This document shows, piece by piece, positions 50,126 through 62,339 of a stretch of 64,000 nucleotides of DNA. A program made the translations under genes and the position numbers. Location: positions 77,317,339 to 77,381,338 of the forward strand of contig NC_057719.1 in assembly GCF_004010195.1 (NCBI RefSeq). Direction: 5' to 3'. The notes below the pieces were generated by a model that saw only the letters and a program-made list of their open reading frames with translations, did not search any database and was not told the DNA's origin. Numbering within the stretch: the stretch's first letter is position 1; every line of letters starts with the position of its first letter. Source of the DNA: Chiloscyllium plagiosum. Lineage: Eukaryota.

Positions 50126-51596
50126 AGTGCAGCGACTCTGGCCTCTGAGTCAGAAGATCATGGTTTCAAATCCCACTCTAAAAGCTTGAGCACAAATCTT
50201 GTTAATGGCCAAGGCTAAATTTGAAGAGGAGTGGTGTGAGGAAGACCTGAAAATAATCACCTAAATGAGCAGCAAGGAGGAAGACTGAGAGACAGTAACC
50301 AGCAGCTAAAAGAGTATGAGAAAAGAGGATCCTGTGCTTCTTGAACAGTGTACAAGACAGTGGGGACAGCTGTTTCAAAAGGAGTGTGAGAAAAAGTAGG
50401 CTCGACAGCTTCTCAAATAATGTTAGAGAGCTGGGACTGCAGCTTTATGAAGAAACGAGCAGACCTGCATGAAAAGGGCAACAACAACGGGAGATAAACG
50501 TCCTTGGCAGAGAGCCACTTCAAACTGTTTCTACAAACTGACGTGTAATGTCACAGAAAACTAGGATATTTCTTCTGTGTCTCTTCTGACCATGTGGTTT
50601 AAATTAGGAGATATTTTTGCAGCTGAGGATTACAGTTAAGAAATTCACTTTTAAATAATTTGTATGTTAAATACTTTAATTCAATAGGATTGAGATGGCT
50701 GCTTAGGTGATGCATTGCAGCTGTAGTATGTGTGCGCTGGTGGACACTGGTATAATTCACAATGAACATACGTGCAGTAAGAGTTGGCAGATCAAGGAAC
50801 TTTAGCTCAGAGCTGATGAGCTGGAGTCCAAGCTGCAAACATTGTAATGCATCAGGGACAAAGAAGTGAATTTTTGGAGATAGTCTCACCCCTTAAATTA
50901 ATTCCCTTAAAGTTGGTGGATGGTCAATGACAGGAGGGTGTGACTGCAAGTATGGTAGGTATGACAGTACAGAGTTAATCTTTGGAGGAACCTCAGCCAC
51001 TGCTCTTGATTTATAGGTATGAGGTTCTTGCGGCTGGTGTGGATGAGGGACTAGAAATGAACTGACCACAGCATTATGGTTCAGAGTCCCATTCTGTAAT
51101 AGTAACACAAGATAGCACAATTCAGGATATAGGTCCTGTTCTCTACAACAAATACAGAGTCCCAAAGGCTGTGTTGTCTACTCCCAGTACCAAGGTTTCA
51201 GTTCTCTCTTTAGGGCTGGAGTGGGACAGGAAGAATTCAGCTTTTGTTGCTCATGTAGGTACCAACAACGCAGGTATAGTTAGGAAAGAGGATGTTCTGA
51301 GGATTATGAATAGCTCAGGGCTAAATAACCAAAGCAGAACTAGAAAGATAATAGTCTCTGGATTACTACCTGGAACATGTGCAAATTGTCACTGCATAAG
51401 TAAGATCCGAGAGGCAAATGCTTGGCTCAAAGACTAATGTGGGAGAAAAGGGTTCTGATTGATGAGGCACTGACATCAGTACTGAGGAAAGAGAAAGCTG
51501 TTCTGATACGAAAGGCTTCATTTGAACCATTCTGGGGCCAATGCCAATGCCAGTAGAGCTGTAGATAACACTTTAAACTTAACAGTTTAGGGGGAG

Positions 51597-51988
51597 CCAA
51601 TGGCCTGGTGGTATTATCGCTAGATCATTAATCCAGAAACTCAGCTAATGTTCTGGAGATCTGAGTTCCAATCCCTCCATTATGGAGAGTGGAATTTGAA
51701 GTCAATTAAAAAGATATAGAATTAAGAATCTACTGGTGATCATGAAATTATTGTTGATTGTCAGAAAAAACCATCTGTTGTCTAGTTTTCAGTAGTACCA
51801 TCTTTACCTGGTCTGGCCTACATGTGACTCCAGACCCACAGCAATGTGGCTGGCTCTCAGTTGCCCTCTGAAATGGCCTAGCAAGTCATTCAGTTGTACC
51901 AATTACTACAAAGTCTCTTCAAGGTCAACTAGGGATGGGCAACAAACGCTGGTCAGTCAGTGATACCCATCTCGCAAATGAATTAAAA
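51597..51988 (+). mobile_element. tRNA-derived SINE with L2-like tail
   Basis: tggcctggtggtattatcgctaga..gagttccaatccc head; core shared with 19845 and 57885. Confidence 0.8.
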
Positions 51989-52337
51989 AGATGTAAGGGA
52001 GGGTTCATGGAAGTGAAGTTTGAAAAATTAGAAAAACAATGCGTGATCAGGGGTGTAAAGTAATGGAGTGGCAATCCAATTGTGACAGGAAAGGGTAGAA
52101 AATATACATAAACGAGTACAGCAGAATTTAGATTCACAGTAAGTAATAATGGTAAAACATCAAAGCTTTAGTCCCTTTATCTGAATATACACAACATTTG
52201 AAGCAAGATAGGAACAAATTACTGCAGATGCTGGAATTTGTACTGAAAGCAACACAGCAGGTCAGACAGCATCCACGGAGAGAGAGCAAGCTAACATTTT
52301 GAGTCTTGTTGACTCTTTGTCAGAGCTAAAGTTAATA

Positions 52338-52651
52338 GGTGGCACAGTGGCTCAGTGGTTAGCACTGCTGCCTCACAGCACCAGGGTACCAGGTTCGATT
52401 CCAGCCTCGGGCGATTGTCTATGTGGAGTTTGCACATTCTCCCTGTGTCTGCGTGGGTTTCCTCCGGGTGCTCTGGTTTCCTCCCACAGTCCAAAGATGT
52501 GCAAGTCGGGTGAATTGGTCATGCTAAATTGCCCATAGTGTTAGGTGCATTAGTCAGAGGGGAAATGTTCTGGGTGGGTTACTCTTCGGAGGGTCGGTTT
52601 GGACTGGTTGGGCCGAAGGGCCTGTTTCCACACTGTAGGGAATCTAATCTA
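52338..52651 (+). mobile_element. HE1-type SINE nested in a Penelope-derived element
   Basis: Full length; ctaaagt duplicated at 52326-52332 and 52649-52655. Confidence 0.92.
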
Positions 52652-53002
52652 AAGTGAAGTGTGGAGGGGAACAGCGTTTATAGCTAGAGTTTGGGGAGGG
52701 GTGGGAGGATGGAGGTGCGGTTTAGGATTAATAGGTTGAGGGTGCTGATGTAGGAAAGATGTGAATAGTTCAGATTAAGTAATCGCAATGTGAGAATGGT
52801 AGAACAATGGTGTGTCTATTGACAGATGTGAAAGGACAGTAAGTGGGTTAGGGATAGGGGAGAACAGGATAACAACCTAAGAGAAATGGAAGAAATGTTC
52901 AGAATTTAATGTTGTTAAACTCGATATTATGTCCAAAAGGCTGTAAAGTGCTTAGTCTGAATATGTGATGTCATAAATGCTGTCCTTTCTACACTTTACT
53001 TC

Positions 53003-53041
53003 AGCTCTGATGAAGAGTCAGCCAGACTTGAAATGTTAGCT
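53003..53041 (+). ncRNA. Minimal hammerhead ribozyme motif
   Basis: agct-CTGATGA-a-gagtc(agcca)gactt-GAAA-tGTT-agct; 4 bp stem I. Confidence 0.6.
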
Positions 53042-53197
53042 TGCTCTCTCTCCATGGATGATGCCTGACATGCAGTGATTTGTAGCAAAGTAGGTGAGTT
53101 GACAGCCCAAATAGAAATAACTAAATAAGGCTTTATAGTTATTGTGGGGATGAAGTTAGCCAAGTCTGGGAATTTGATATAAAGGTATTTGACATAT

Positions 53198-53329
53198 GGG
53201 GAAGGTGAGGACTGCAGATGCTGGAGATCAGAGTCGAGAGTGTGGTGCTGGAAAAGCACAGCAGGTCAGGCAGCATCTGAGGAGCAGGCGAATCAACATT
53301 TCGGGCATAAGCCCTTCTTCAGGAATCAG
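53198..53329 (-). mobile_element. Penelope terminal fragment (subfamily A-like)
   Basis: gaggactgcagatgctggagatcagag...catttcgggcataagcccttcttcagg; tatttga on both flanks. Confidence 0.8.
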
Positions 53330-53704
53330 GAATATTTGATGTATGTGAAGAATAAGGAAAAAGGAAACACGAAGTAGGATAGCTTTATTAATAAAGGAAG
53401 GCAACAGTGCAGTGATGAGTAGGGGTATAGGTGCAATACATTATGCTGTGGAATCAGTTTGTATGAAATAAGGAATAGCAAATTAAAGATGTTACGGGGT
53501 GGGAGTCATCTACAGACCCCTGAAGTGCTGGCCACACTTTGGGACAAAGTATACATTACAAAATAATGAAGGCATGTAAGAAGGCTCTACAACTGTCATA
53601 GGTGATTTCAATCTGCATATTGACAGCATAAATCAGATGAGCAATATATCATGGAAGACAAATTTGTGGAATGTATCAGGGATTCCTAGAGGAATACATT
53701 GCAG

Positions 53705-53925
53705 AAAAAGCTGGGAACAAACAAGAGGCTGGAAGAACACAGCAAGCCAGGCAGCATCAGGAGGTGGGGAAGTCAGTGTTTCGGGTATAACTCTTCTTCA
53801 GGCCAAAGAAGGGATACACCGGAAACATTGACTACTCCACCTCCTGAAAATGCTTGGCTTGCTGTGTTCTTGCGCCCTCCTGCCTATCTACCTTGGATTC
53901 CAGCAACTGCAGTTTTATTTTTGTC
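53705..53925. mobile_element. Fold-back Penelope-end element inside the CR1 endonuclease
   Basis: aagaacacagcaagcca..caggaggtgg and ccacctcctg..tggcttgctgtgttctt are inverted arms; hammerhead remnants at 53774-53830. Confidence 0.75.
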
Positions 53926-54342
53926 CTTAATACCCGGGAACAGGCCATTTTAGATCTGGTGATGTGTAATGAGTTTGGATTAATAAGAGATCTCATAGTT
54001 AAAGATCATGTAAGGGATACTTGTCGCAAAGTGATAGAATTTCAAATTCAGATTAAGAGATAGCAATTCAAGTTTGAATCAATATCTTTAACTTAAAGAA
54101 AGGCAATTACAGAGGTATGAAGTGAGACTTGTCGAAAGCTGGCTGAGAAAATGGACTCAAGGGAAGTTAGTGGATGAGCAATAGCAGACGTTTAAGCTGG
54201 TATCTCATCATGCTCAGCAAATGTTAGGAGCTCTCATTAAAGTTGTTATGACAGGGGTCTTGGATAAGTTCAAGGTAATCAGATAGAGCAAAATGGTTTT
54301 GTAAAAGGGAAATCATATTTGACTAAATTATTGAAGTTATAC

Positions 54343-54622
54343 AGTCATAGAGATGTACAGCACAGAAACAGACCCTTTAGTCCAACTCGTCTATGTCAAC
54401 CAGATATCCTAATGCCAATATTTAACCCATATTCCTCCGAACCCTTTGTATTCCTATACCCATCCAGATGCCTTTCAAATGCTGTATTTGTGCCAGCCTT
54501 CACCACTTCCTTTGGCAGATCATTCCATTTACGCACTACCCTTTGTGTGAAAACATTACCTCTTGAGTCCTTTTTAAATCTTTCTCTTTTCACTTTAAAC
54601 CTATACTCTCTAGTTTTGGACT
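54343..54622 (-). mobile_element. CR1 3' end inserted into an older CR1
   Basis: RFKKDSRGNVFTQRVVRKWNDLPKEVVKAG. Confidence 0.9.
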
Positions 54623-56334
54623 TTGTGGTGTGTCACAGGGGTCGGTGCTGGGGTCTCATAGCTTTGCAATTTATATACTGTACATGATTTGGATGAAGGG
54701 CAGGGGTTATGGTAGTTAAGTTTGCTGATGACACAAAGGAGGGAAAGTGCATTGTAAAGAGGACATAAACAGCCCACCAAGGGAGGTTAAATGAGTGAAC
54801 AAAGATCTGGTAAATGGAGTATAACATGGGAAAATGTGGAATTGCCCATATGGGCAGAAATAATGATGTGACGTTGCAGAGCTTTGAGATGGAGAGAGAT
54901 GTGGGTGTTCTAGCACATGAATTGCAGAAAGTTAGAATGCAGGTACAACGAGTAAAGAGAAAGCTGATAGAACATTCTATTTTATTACAAGAGGAATTAA
55001 ATGCAAGATTAGTGTGGTTATGCCTCAGTTATATAGGGCATTGGTGAGACCACATCTTGCGTATAATACTGGTCACAGTACTTACGGCCATTTGTTCATG
55101 CATTGGAAATCTGGAATGAGTGGGTTACCTTTTGAGGAAACACTAGACAGGTTAGACCTATATCTGTGGAGTTTAGAAGAGTCAGACCAGACTTAATTGA
55201 AACATAAAAGATTCTGGGGTGGGATGGTGTGGGGGGTTGTGTGGGTGGGGGGAGGGGGGAAGGGGAGATGGCAGGGGCTTTTCACAAAGTGGATGCGGAA
55301 AGGATCTTTTTTCTACTGGGACAATTTAGTGTTGGTGGCCATAATGTAAAAATAAGGTATTGCCCATTTAAGACGGAGGAAAAAGAAAATTCTTTCAAAG
55401 GGTTGTGAGATTTTCAAATTCCCTTCCTCAAAAGGCAGTGAATGCAGAGTCTCAAAATATTTTCAAGGCAGATTATCAAGGCGATGCAGAAGTTATCACA
55501 AGATAAGCAGGTATTTCATTAATGCAATCAGGGTCAGTAATATGGTTTCCAAGCCTGCTTGGAATTTCTGAGCCAGCATAACTACAACTCTGCTGCTCAC
55601 TGATGAGTCATAATATGATTTACACAGCATTTTAGAGATAGAGTTTTATTGCATGACAGATCAGACAGGTTGGTAATATTCCTAGCACAGCACATCTTCA
55701 AGCTAACCCTTCAACCACATTGAAATCATCAAAATAAAGAAGAGTCAAGCATAAATGAACCATGAACGAACAATAAAGAAGACTGGAAGCTGGAATAAGA
55801 TAGCCGTATCAGTTAATTCAGAATGCTGTCAGTATGGTGAGGAGAGATGGCCTCCGTTCAAAAGAGTATGATGTAGAATTAATTTGGATACAGGTAGAAT
55901 TTAAGAAGTCACCAGTGCCCGTAGTTTATAGGCCACCCAATAACAATGACCGCATCAGACTGTATATGGCAAGAAATAAATGGGGCGTGAAAGAAAGGTC
56001 CACAATTAGCTGCAGCCTTGTCAAGCTGTTCCTGTATAGCTTCAAAACTGGCATCTACCCAGCAATGTGAACACTTTCCCAGGTATGTGCATTCATTAGA
56101 AAACAGAATAAATCCAAGACAGTCCAATCTGTCTAACTTCAATTACCAGCAAAGCGTTGATGGTGTTATCAAGCGTCGTTTACTCAGCAATAACCTAATT
56201 CCAGTAGGGCCACTCTATTCTTAATCTCATGATGGCCAACTTGTACATTCTGTTCCAACATCTGGAGTACTTTATACAGTTTGAGTTCCTTATTTGAAAA
56301 AAGATATCATTGTATTAGAAATACTTCAGAGAAC

Positions 56335-57885
56335 TAGGAACAGGAGTATGCCATAGCCCCTTAAGACTATCCCACAACTCAATAAGACCACTCTTTCATG
56401 CCAGCTCATCATAGCCCTCAACCTCACAGAGATTTCAAAAATCTATTTCTCTCTTCTTTAAATAATTTCAACGATCCAGCCATCATAATAGTGGAGAATT
56501 TCCTTTGCATCTCAGTATTAAATGACATCCTTTTGGTCTGTAACTTTGTCTTCCAATTCACGATTTCCCACAAGTAGAACTGTCTCTCAAGATTTCCCTA
56601 TTTTTAAACTTCAACTCCCTAACAACAAAGACCAAAATTCCACTTTCCTTCTTAATTACATGCTGTGCCTGCATGCTAATGTTTTTTCTGTTTCTGCACA
56701 AAATCATCCCAAATTCCTCTGTGCTTCACCTTTTTTGGAATTTCTCTCCATTAAGTAACAGCCCCTCTTTAGATTCTTTCTACCCAATTGCATGACCTTG
56801 TACTTTCATACATTAAGCTCCCCCTACCATGTTTTTGCTAACTCAATCTATCAGCTTCTCCCTTGCAGATTCCTTATAGCCTCACAACAATATTCCCTTG
56901 CACTTATTTCTGTAATGTTCCCAATTATCTGATTTCTAGATTTTAAACAATCCTCAATCCATGCTAATATATCACCCCCGACATAATGAGTTCCTACTTT
57001 GTGCAATAATCTTTTACATAGCAACTTATGTAATGCCTTCTGGAAATATGATTGCACCACATCTACCAGTCTACTGTTATATTCTCAAATAAATTCTTAA
57101 ATTACAGCAAATTCATCAGACATGATTTCCCTTTCATAAAACTATGCTGACTCTGTCTCACTGCTTTAAACTTCTCTAAATGCCTGTTATTTATTCCTTA
57201 ATAATGGATTCATATCGTTTTCCCAGCAACTGATGTTATGTTAAATGGCCTGTAGTCTTCTGCTTTGTGTATCCCTAACTTCTTGAAAGGCATGTCACAT
57301 TGGCTTTCCAATCCACTGGAACCCTTCCAAAATCTAGCAAGTTCTAGAATAATTTGACTGAATCCTCCACTATCTCCACAGCTACTTCCTTTAAAACGTA
57401 CGGATGCAGACCATCAGGTTCTGGTGACTTGTCTGCCTTTAGTTCCATTAGTTCATCAAATAGTGTATCCCTTGTGATAGAGACTGTTGCGTGTGGTCCT
57501 ATTCAGGATGAAAAATATTAGCTTAAATTATCTCTGTTCCAAGTTATTAATTTCCCAGTTGCAATCGCTGAGGAGCCCACACTTACCATAGCTACTCTGT
57601 TTCTTTTCATATAATCATAGAAGCTATTGCTGTTTATTTTTATATTTCTTGCCAAATGGCTTTCGTAATCAATTTTCTTCCTCTGTTTGCTTTTGGTTAT
57701 TCACAGCTGATTCCTAAAAATTCCCTGCCCTTTGGCCTAGCACTATTTTTTGCCACGTTGTAGGCCCTTTTTTTTTATTTGGATCCCCTTGTTGACTGCC
57801 TTTATCAAACATGTCTGGCTCATCTTTTTTGTCAAGTCACTCTTTTTGACTTGAGTAAATATTTGTTGAGTGTTATGAAATATTT
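56335..57885 (-). mobile_element. Old CR1 with internal deletions
   Basis: FQKALHKLLCKRLLHKV..ILAWIED; reverse-strand DKSPEPDGLHPYVLKEVA motif at about 57375-57435. Confidence 0.75.
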
Positions 57886-58190
57886 GTTTTTGGCCTTTCA
57901 CCAGGCAGTCAGGAGTCTACCAGGTTGTGCTGAGTCTGCAGTTACATGAAGGTCAGATCAGATCAGTATGGCAGATTTCCCTCCCTAAGTGAATAAGTGA
58001 ACTAGGTGAACGTTTTAAAAATGACAATTGAAGTGGTTGTACAGTCATTATTAGACTAGATTTTAATTCCAAATGTGTGAATTAAATTTAAATCCCACCA
58101 TCATGCAATAGAATTGAAACCCATATCCCCACAGCTTTGATACAGATCTCTGGATTATGCATCCAGGAAAAATACCATGCCGGCACCGGT
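57885..58190 (-). mobile_element. tRNA-derived SINE (family of 19845 and 51597)
   Basis: ggcagatttccctccctaag..gtgaactag, reverse complement of the family core. Confidence 0.65.
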
Positions 58191-58451
58191 TCCTACTGTG
58201 TTCATGATTGCTTTTGAACACCCTCTCTGGCCCTGAAAGTCATTGTACTTTTTAAAATGTCGCTCGCTAAAAAATCTGTTCAGCAACTCACCAGCTTAAA
58301 TAAACAAAATATCTCTGCAGTCACCAGGACCTCCACAAATTCTCTCAGCAACATTTAACGTTGTGTAACCCCTTTTGAACCCATGGGCTTCCTCTTCGAC
58401 CATAAAAACAATATGGTCGAAAAATATTGTACCTAGTTACCTTTGTAAAAA

Positions 58452-58975
58452 CTAGAAAACCTAACCTACTCAACCTTTCTTCATAGCTGGCACCTTCCAT
58501 ACCAGGCAACATCCTCGTAAACCTTCTCTGCACCCTCTCCAAAGCGTCCACATCCTTTTGGTAATATGGCAACCAGAACTGTACACAGTATTTTAAATGT
58601 GGCCGAACCAATGTCTTGTACAATTTTAACATGACTTGCCAGCTCTTATACTCAATACCCCGTCCAAAAAAGGCAAGCATACTATATGCCTTCTTGACCA
58701 CTCTATCCACTTATGCAGCAACCTTCAGGGTACAATGGACCTGCACNNNNNNNNNNNNNNNNNNNNNNNNNNNNNNNNNNNNNNNNNNNNNNNNNNNNNN
58801 NNNNNNNNNCCAGGTCATTTATGTATATTACAAACAACAGTGGACCCAATACTGATCCCTGTGGAACACACCATTGGTCACCTTCCTCCATTTCGAGAAA
58901 CTCCCTTCAACTACTACTCTCTGTCTCCTGTTGCTCAACCAGTTCTTTATCCACCTAGCTAGAACACCCTGCACA
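58452..58975 (-). mobile_element. Younger CR1 RT fragment
   Basis: VPQGSVLGPLLFVIYINDL; GIEYKSWQVMLKLYKTLVRPHLKYCVQFW. Confidence 0.92.
58747..58809. other. Assembly gap
   Basis: Run of N. Confidence 1.
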
Positions 58976-59254
58976 TTAAGAAATAAAGTTAAACATTACA
59001 GTTCTTTCTTCAGCCATGGGCCTGCAGTCACTCCACAATGGGCTTTCCCCATGAGGGCTCACTCTCCCCTGTGCTGGGCACACTTTCACCTGTGCTGGGC
59101 GATGTCCTTCCTGTGCTCACCAGCTGCATCATCACTGACCACCATCTGGGCTTGAGCAGGGCACTAGCTGCTGCCATGCTTCATTACTGCTACAGCCTTC
59201 ACGACTGAGCTCTCTCCAGAAGTTAAGTAAAAACGTACTTAAAAAAAAAACTAG

Positions 59255-59612
59255 GGGCCACACAGTGGCTCAGTGGTTAACACTGCTGTGTCATAACACT
59301 AGGAACCTTGGTTCGATTCCAGCCTCGGGAGACTGTCTGTGTGGAATTTGCACATTCTCCCTATGATTGTGCAGGCTTCCTCTGGATGCTCTGGTTTCCT
59401 CCCACAATCCAAAGCTGTGAAGGTTAGAGTGGATTGACAATGCTGAATTGCCCATAGTATCCAGGGATGTGCAGACTAGGTGGATTAGCCATGGGAAATG
59501 TAAGGATACAGGGATAGGATAAGGGGGTGGGTCTGGGCAGAATGCTCTTCAGAGGCTCAACATGGACTGGATAAGCAGAATGGCCTACTTCCACACTGTA
59601 GGGATTCTATGA
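59255..59612 (+). mobile_element. HE1-type SINE
   Basis: cagtggctcagtggttaacactgc..ggttcgattcc..ccacactgtagggattctatg. Confidence 0.9.
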
Positions 59613-60189
59613 ATTAAAAAGGAAAAACGAAATGAGAGAAGAAGAAGGCAAAAAAAGAAAAGTGGGTGGAATGAGCGAGACCCAGGCTCAAGATCCCAGA
59701 AGCTGCCTACTCCACCACTGTATTTATACCTGATGTATAGAACTAATCCACTGTCATAATGTTTCAAACTAATTTATTGTATTAACTACTTTGACTCTTG
59801 ATTTTAAAGCCAGGAATGATCTAGAGTCATTCAGTGTCTATTTCCAATGAGCTCGAGAATGATACATATATATTTTAGGGATTGTTCTTGGGCCGTGCCA
59901 TTAATAGGTTTAAAATACTAACTTTAAACTAGTTGCATTTTGTTCCATTTTCATTTCTCTGTGGCTGCTGGTTTCAGCTGTAAAGATTTATTTGACTCGT
60001 CATTATTTCCCATCATAGGCTTGTGGGCACCTGCAATTCAATTTGCTAGAGCCACAAATCAGAAGATGGCCGCATTGTTGGCATACTTCTCTGTAGCAAA
60101 GGACGTGTAAGGTCTGAGAAGGATTAAGAGAAAGCTTTCCTTATTAAAAAAAAGGCATTCTTTTTCCACTGGCCTTATCTGCAATGGCC

Positions 60190-60645
60190 ACCTGGGCACG
60201 TCCAAGAAGATCTGCCTCAGTTGCTGAGGTTTCACTGTGTAGGTCATCACAGAAATAATGATTTCTCTTGAGCTTGAGCTTCTAATGCAAGAACACCTCT
60301 GTTAGTGCCACTCCTGAATGCCTGCACTAATGAATCCCAACAAAAAGATCCATGCCAAATTTCAGAAGCAGCAATACACCGGCATATAAAGCAGATCATT
60401 TATGCCTTCTTTACCCATGCTAACATCTTCTTCCTCTTCCTCATGGTAAATTGCCAGAGACACAAGAGAGCACTGTTCACACCCTGCACTTGCCGGAAGT
60501 GCAGTTTTTGATAGCCTCACTGCCACTGTCAAACAGGTTGCATGAATAGAAACAGACTTCTTTACATTAAAGTCCAGCAGGTCTCTGATCATAGCCCAAA
60601 CATTGTGCAGATAACTGGCAGATGCCCAGCAGTATGATTTATATT
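60190..60645 (+). mobile_element. PIF/Harbinger transposase relic
   Basis: Frameshifted segments CQISEAAIHRHIKQIIYAFF, LPEVQFLI and MNRNRLLYIKVQQVSDHSPNIVQITGRCP follow the order of Harbinger motifs (GISQS.VHR.I..VT.AL; FP.V.G.ID; NRKG.HS.NVQ.VCD...I..V.AR.PGS). Confidence 0.6.
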
Positions 60646-60864
60646 AAATCAGCTTAATGTTCCCATGTACCAGAGCAAATCAGTGCATACCGTCACCACG
60701 TGTCAAATTGACTGACGTATGAAGGCTCGTTCCTTTATCACCCCCACCAAGGTTGTAAAGGTCATGGCTGTTGATGTTACACAATGTTTCTCTGCAAGAA
60801 TCATCATGATGGTGTAGGTGGAAGGTAAAGCTCAGCCATTGCCATTTTCCTGTAAAACTGTTAA

Positions 60865-61127
60865 CTCTGTGTGGAGTTTACACATTCTCCCCGTGTCTGC
60901 ATGGGTTTCCTCCGGGTGCTCTGGTTTTCTCCCACAATCCAAAAATGTGCAGTTTAGGTGAATTGGCCATGCTAAAATGCCCGTAGTGTTAGGTGAAGAG
61001 GTAAATGTAAGGGAATGGGTCTGGGTGGGTTGCGCCTCCGCGGGTCAGTGTGGACTTGTTGGGCAGAAGGGCCTGTTTCCACACTGTAAGTAATCTAATC
61101 TAATCTAATCTAATCTAATCTAATCTA
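60865..61127 (+). mobile_element. 5'-truncated HE1-type SINE with (tctaa)n tail
   Basis: Core ctgtgtggagtttacacattctccc; tandem aatct units at 61093-61126. Confidence 0.92.
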
Positions 61128-61169
61128 TAAATTACCTGGTTCATTGTGACACATCTAACAGAAAAGAAG

Positions 61170-61570
61170 AAAGAAATGAGCGTTTTTATGGAGCTTTTCA
61201 CAAACTCAGGATGTCCCAGAACTCTGTACAACTGATCAAGTACTTTCGAAGTGGTTTGACAATTTTAATTTAGGAAGCATGGCAGTCAATCTGCATTGGA
61301 CAACGTCCTAGAACCAGCAATGAGTGACATGACCATATAAACTGCTACAGTGATGTTGGTTTGGAGAAATGATGGCAAGGACACCAGTTAAACTCCCTGT
61401 TCTTCCTCAAGTATCAAATTATGCTACCACATCCTTTGCATCTACTGAAGTGACCACCTAGAGCCTCAGCTCAATCTATCAGTGGAGGATACATTATGTT
61501 CTAAGTGTCCAGTGAGACAAGGATCCATGACCTTCTGACACAAGCACAGGTAGTACTACAGGACTAAAGC
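61170..61570 (-). mobile_element. Old Deu/SacSINE-like SINE
   Basis: Weak reverse similarity to 25225-25650 (caggatgtcccagaactctgtacaactgatcaagtactttcgaagtg). Confidence 0.5.
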
Positions 61571-61759
61571 TGGCTGAGTGGTTGGCTGGATCAGATGAGC
61601 TATCATTTCTTATTAACAACTCCCATTACATGTGCCATTTGCTGCTTTGTATTCCTCTTGAGTGTCCATTGCCCATGTATGGGAACAGATCATTGAGCAG
61701 CAATGAGGTTGTTAAAGACCTGAGTGGTGAACTTAAAAGGAAGGAAAAGCACTGATTCA

Positions 61760-62000
61760 ACGTTTTAAATGTTGCAAATGAACTAAGGTGCTTCACAAAA
61801 GTTGAGTCAGACAAAGAGCCATGTAAAAATACATTCTGGCAGATGATCAAATACTTAGCCAAAGAGGAAGATTTGAAACAGCATATGAACGAAAGAGAGA
61901 GAGCAAGAAAGGAGATTTTAAGAGAGGAAATTCCATAGATTAGAACCAAGATAGCTGAAGGCATGATTATCAATAGTCATACAATTAAAATCTGGGAAAG
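61760..62000 (-). mobile_element. Old L2-like LINE 3' fragment
   Basis: gagaggaaattccatagattagaaccaagatagctgaaggc resembles the reverse complement of an L2 C-terminal AFS..GP.LWN.LP motif. Confidence 0.45.
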
Positions 62001-62339
62001 ACAGAATCTAATACCCCTCAGCATTTGGACACCTGACAAGTTAGATTGGTTCATTTTGAAGAAAAATGTGTTTATATCCTCAATTTTTTTGTTTACAAAA
62101 TAGTTCACACATATCTTTGAGACAGCCATGGGGTTCCTCTTAATTTGGGTGTAGTTTCATCAGTCATTCATTTATCACTACACAGATTTGGATAATGTCA
62201 CTGTTCAGGCAGGAATCTTACCAGATGCCCAAACAGCAAATGGAATGCTAACACTGAGGTCTCTATCGCTGTGCCCAGCAGTTAAAGGAGAAATAGAACA
62301 AGGTTATACACATCAGTCTCACATCAGCTGATCATTTTA

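Larger units (their letters stand above)
52213..53077. mobile_element. Penelope-derived element (subfamily D) with inverted hammerhead-bearing ends
   Basis: Inverted arms about 52260-52330 and 53000-53070; hammerhead at 53003-53041 (+); imperfect 17 bp TSD atttgaagcaagatagg (52196-52212) and atttgtagcaaagtagg (53078-53094). Confidence 0.75.
50400..55490 (+). mobile_element. Old, internally deleted CR1 of a second family (ORF1, endonuclease, RT, 3' end) hosting nested insertions
   Basis: ORF1 Zn finger/leucine zipper (about 50695-50850) and VAHVGTNNAG..IIVSGLLP; endonuclease YRP, IGDFNL, REQAILDLVMCN; RT GFVKGKS.LT, KFADDTK, LYRALVRPHL. Confidence 0.8.

Noticed and set aside
55215..55280. G-rich tract with G-quadruplex potential (also 12955-12992 and 46864-46887)
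   Set aside because: These look like low-complexity expansions, two of them inside repeats, with no evidence of function.
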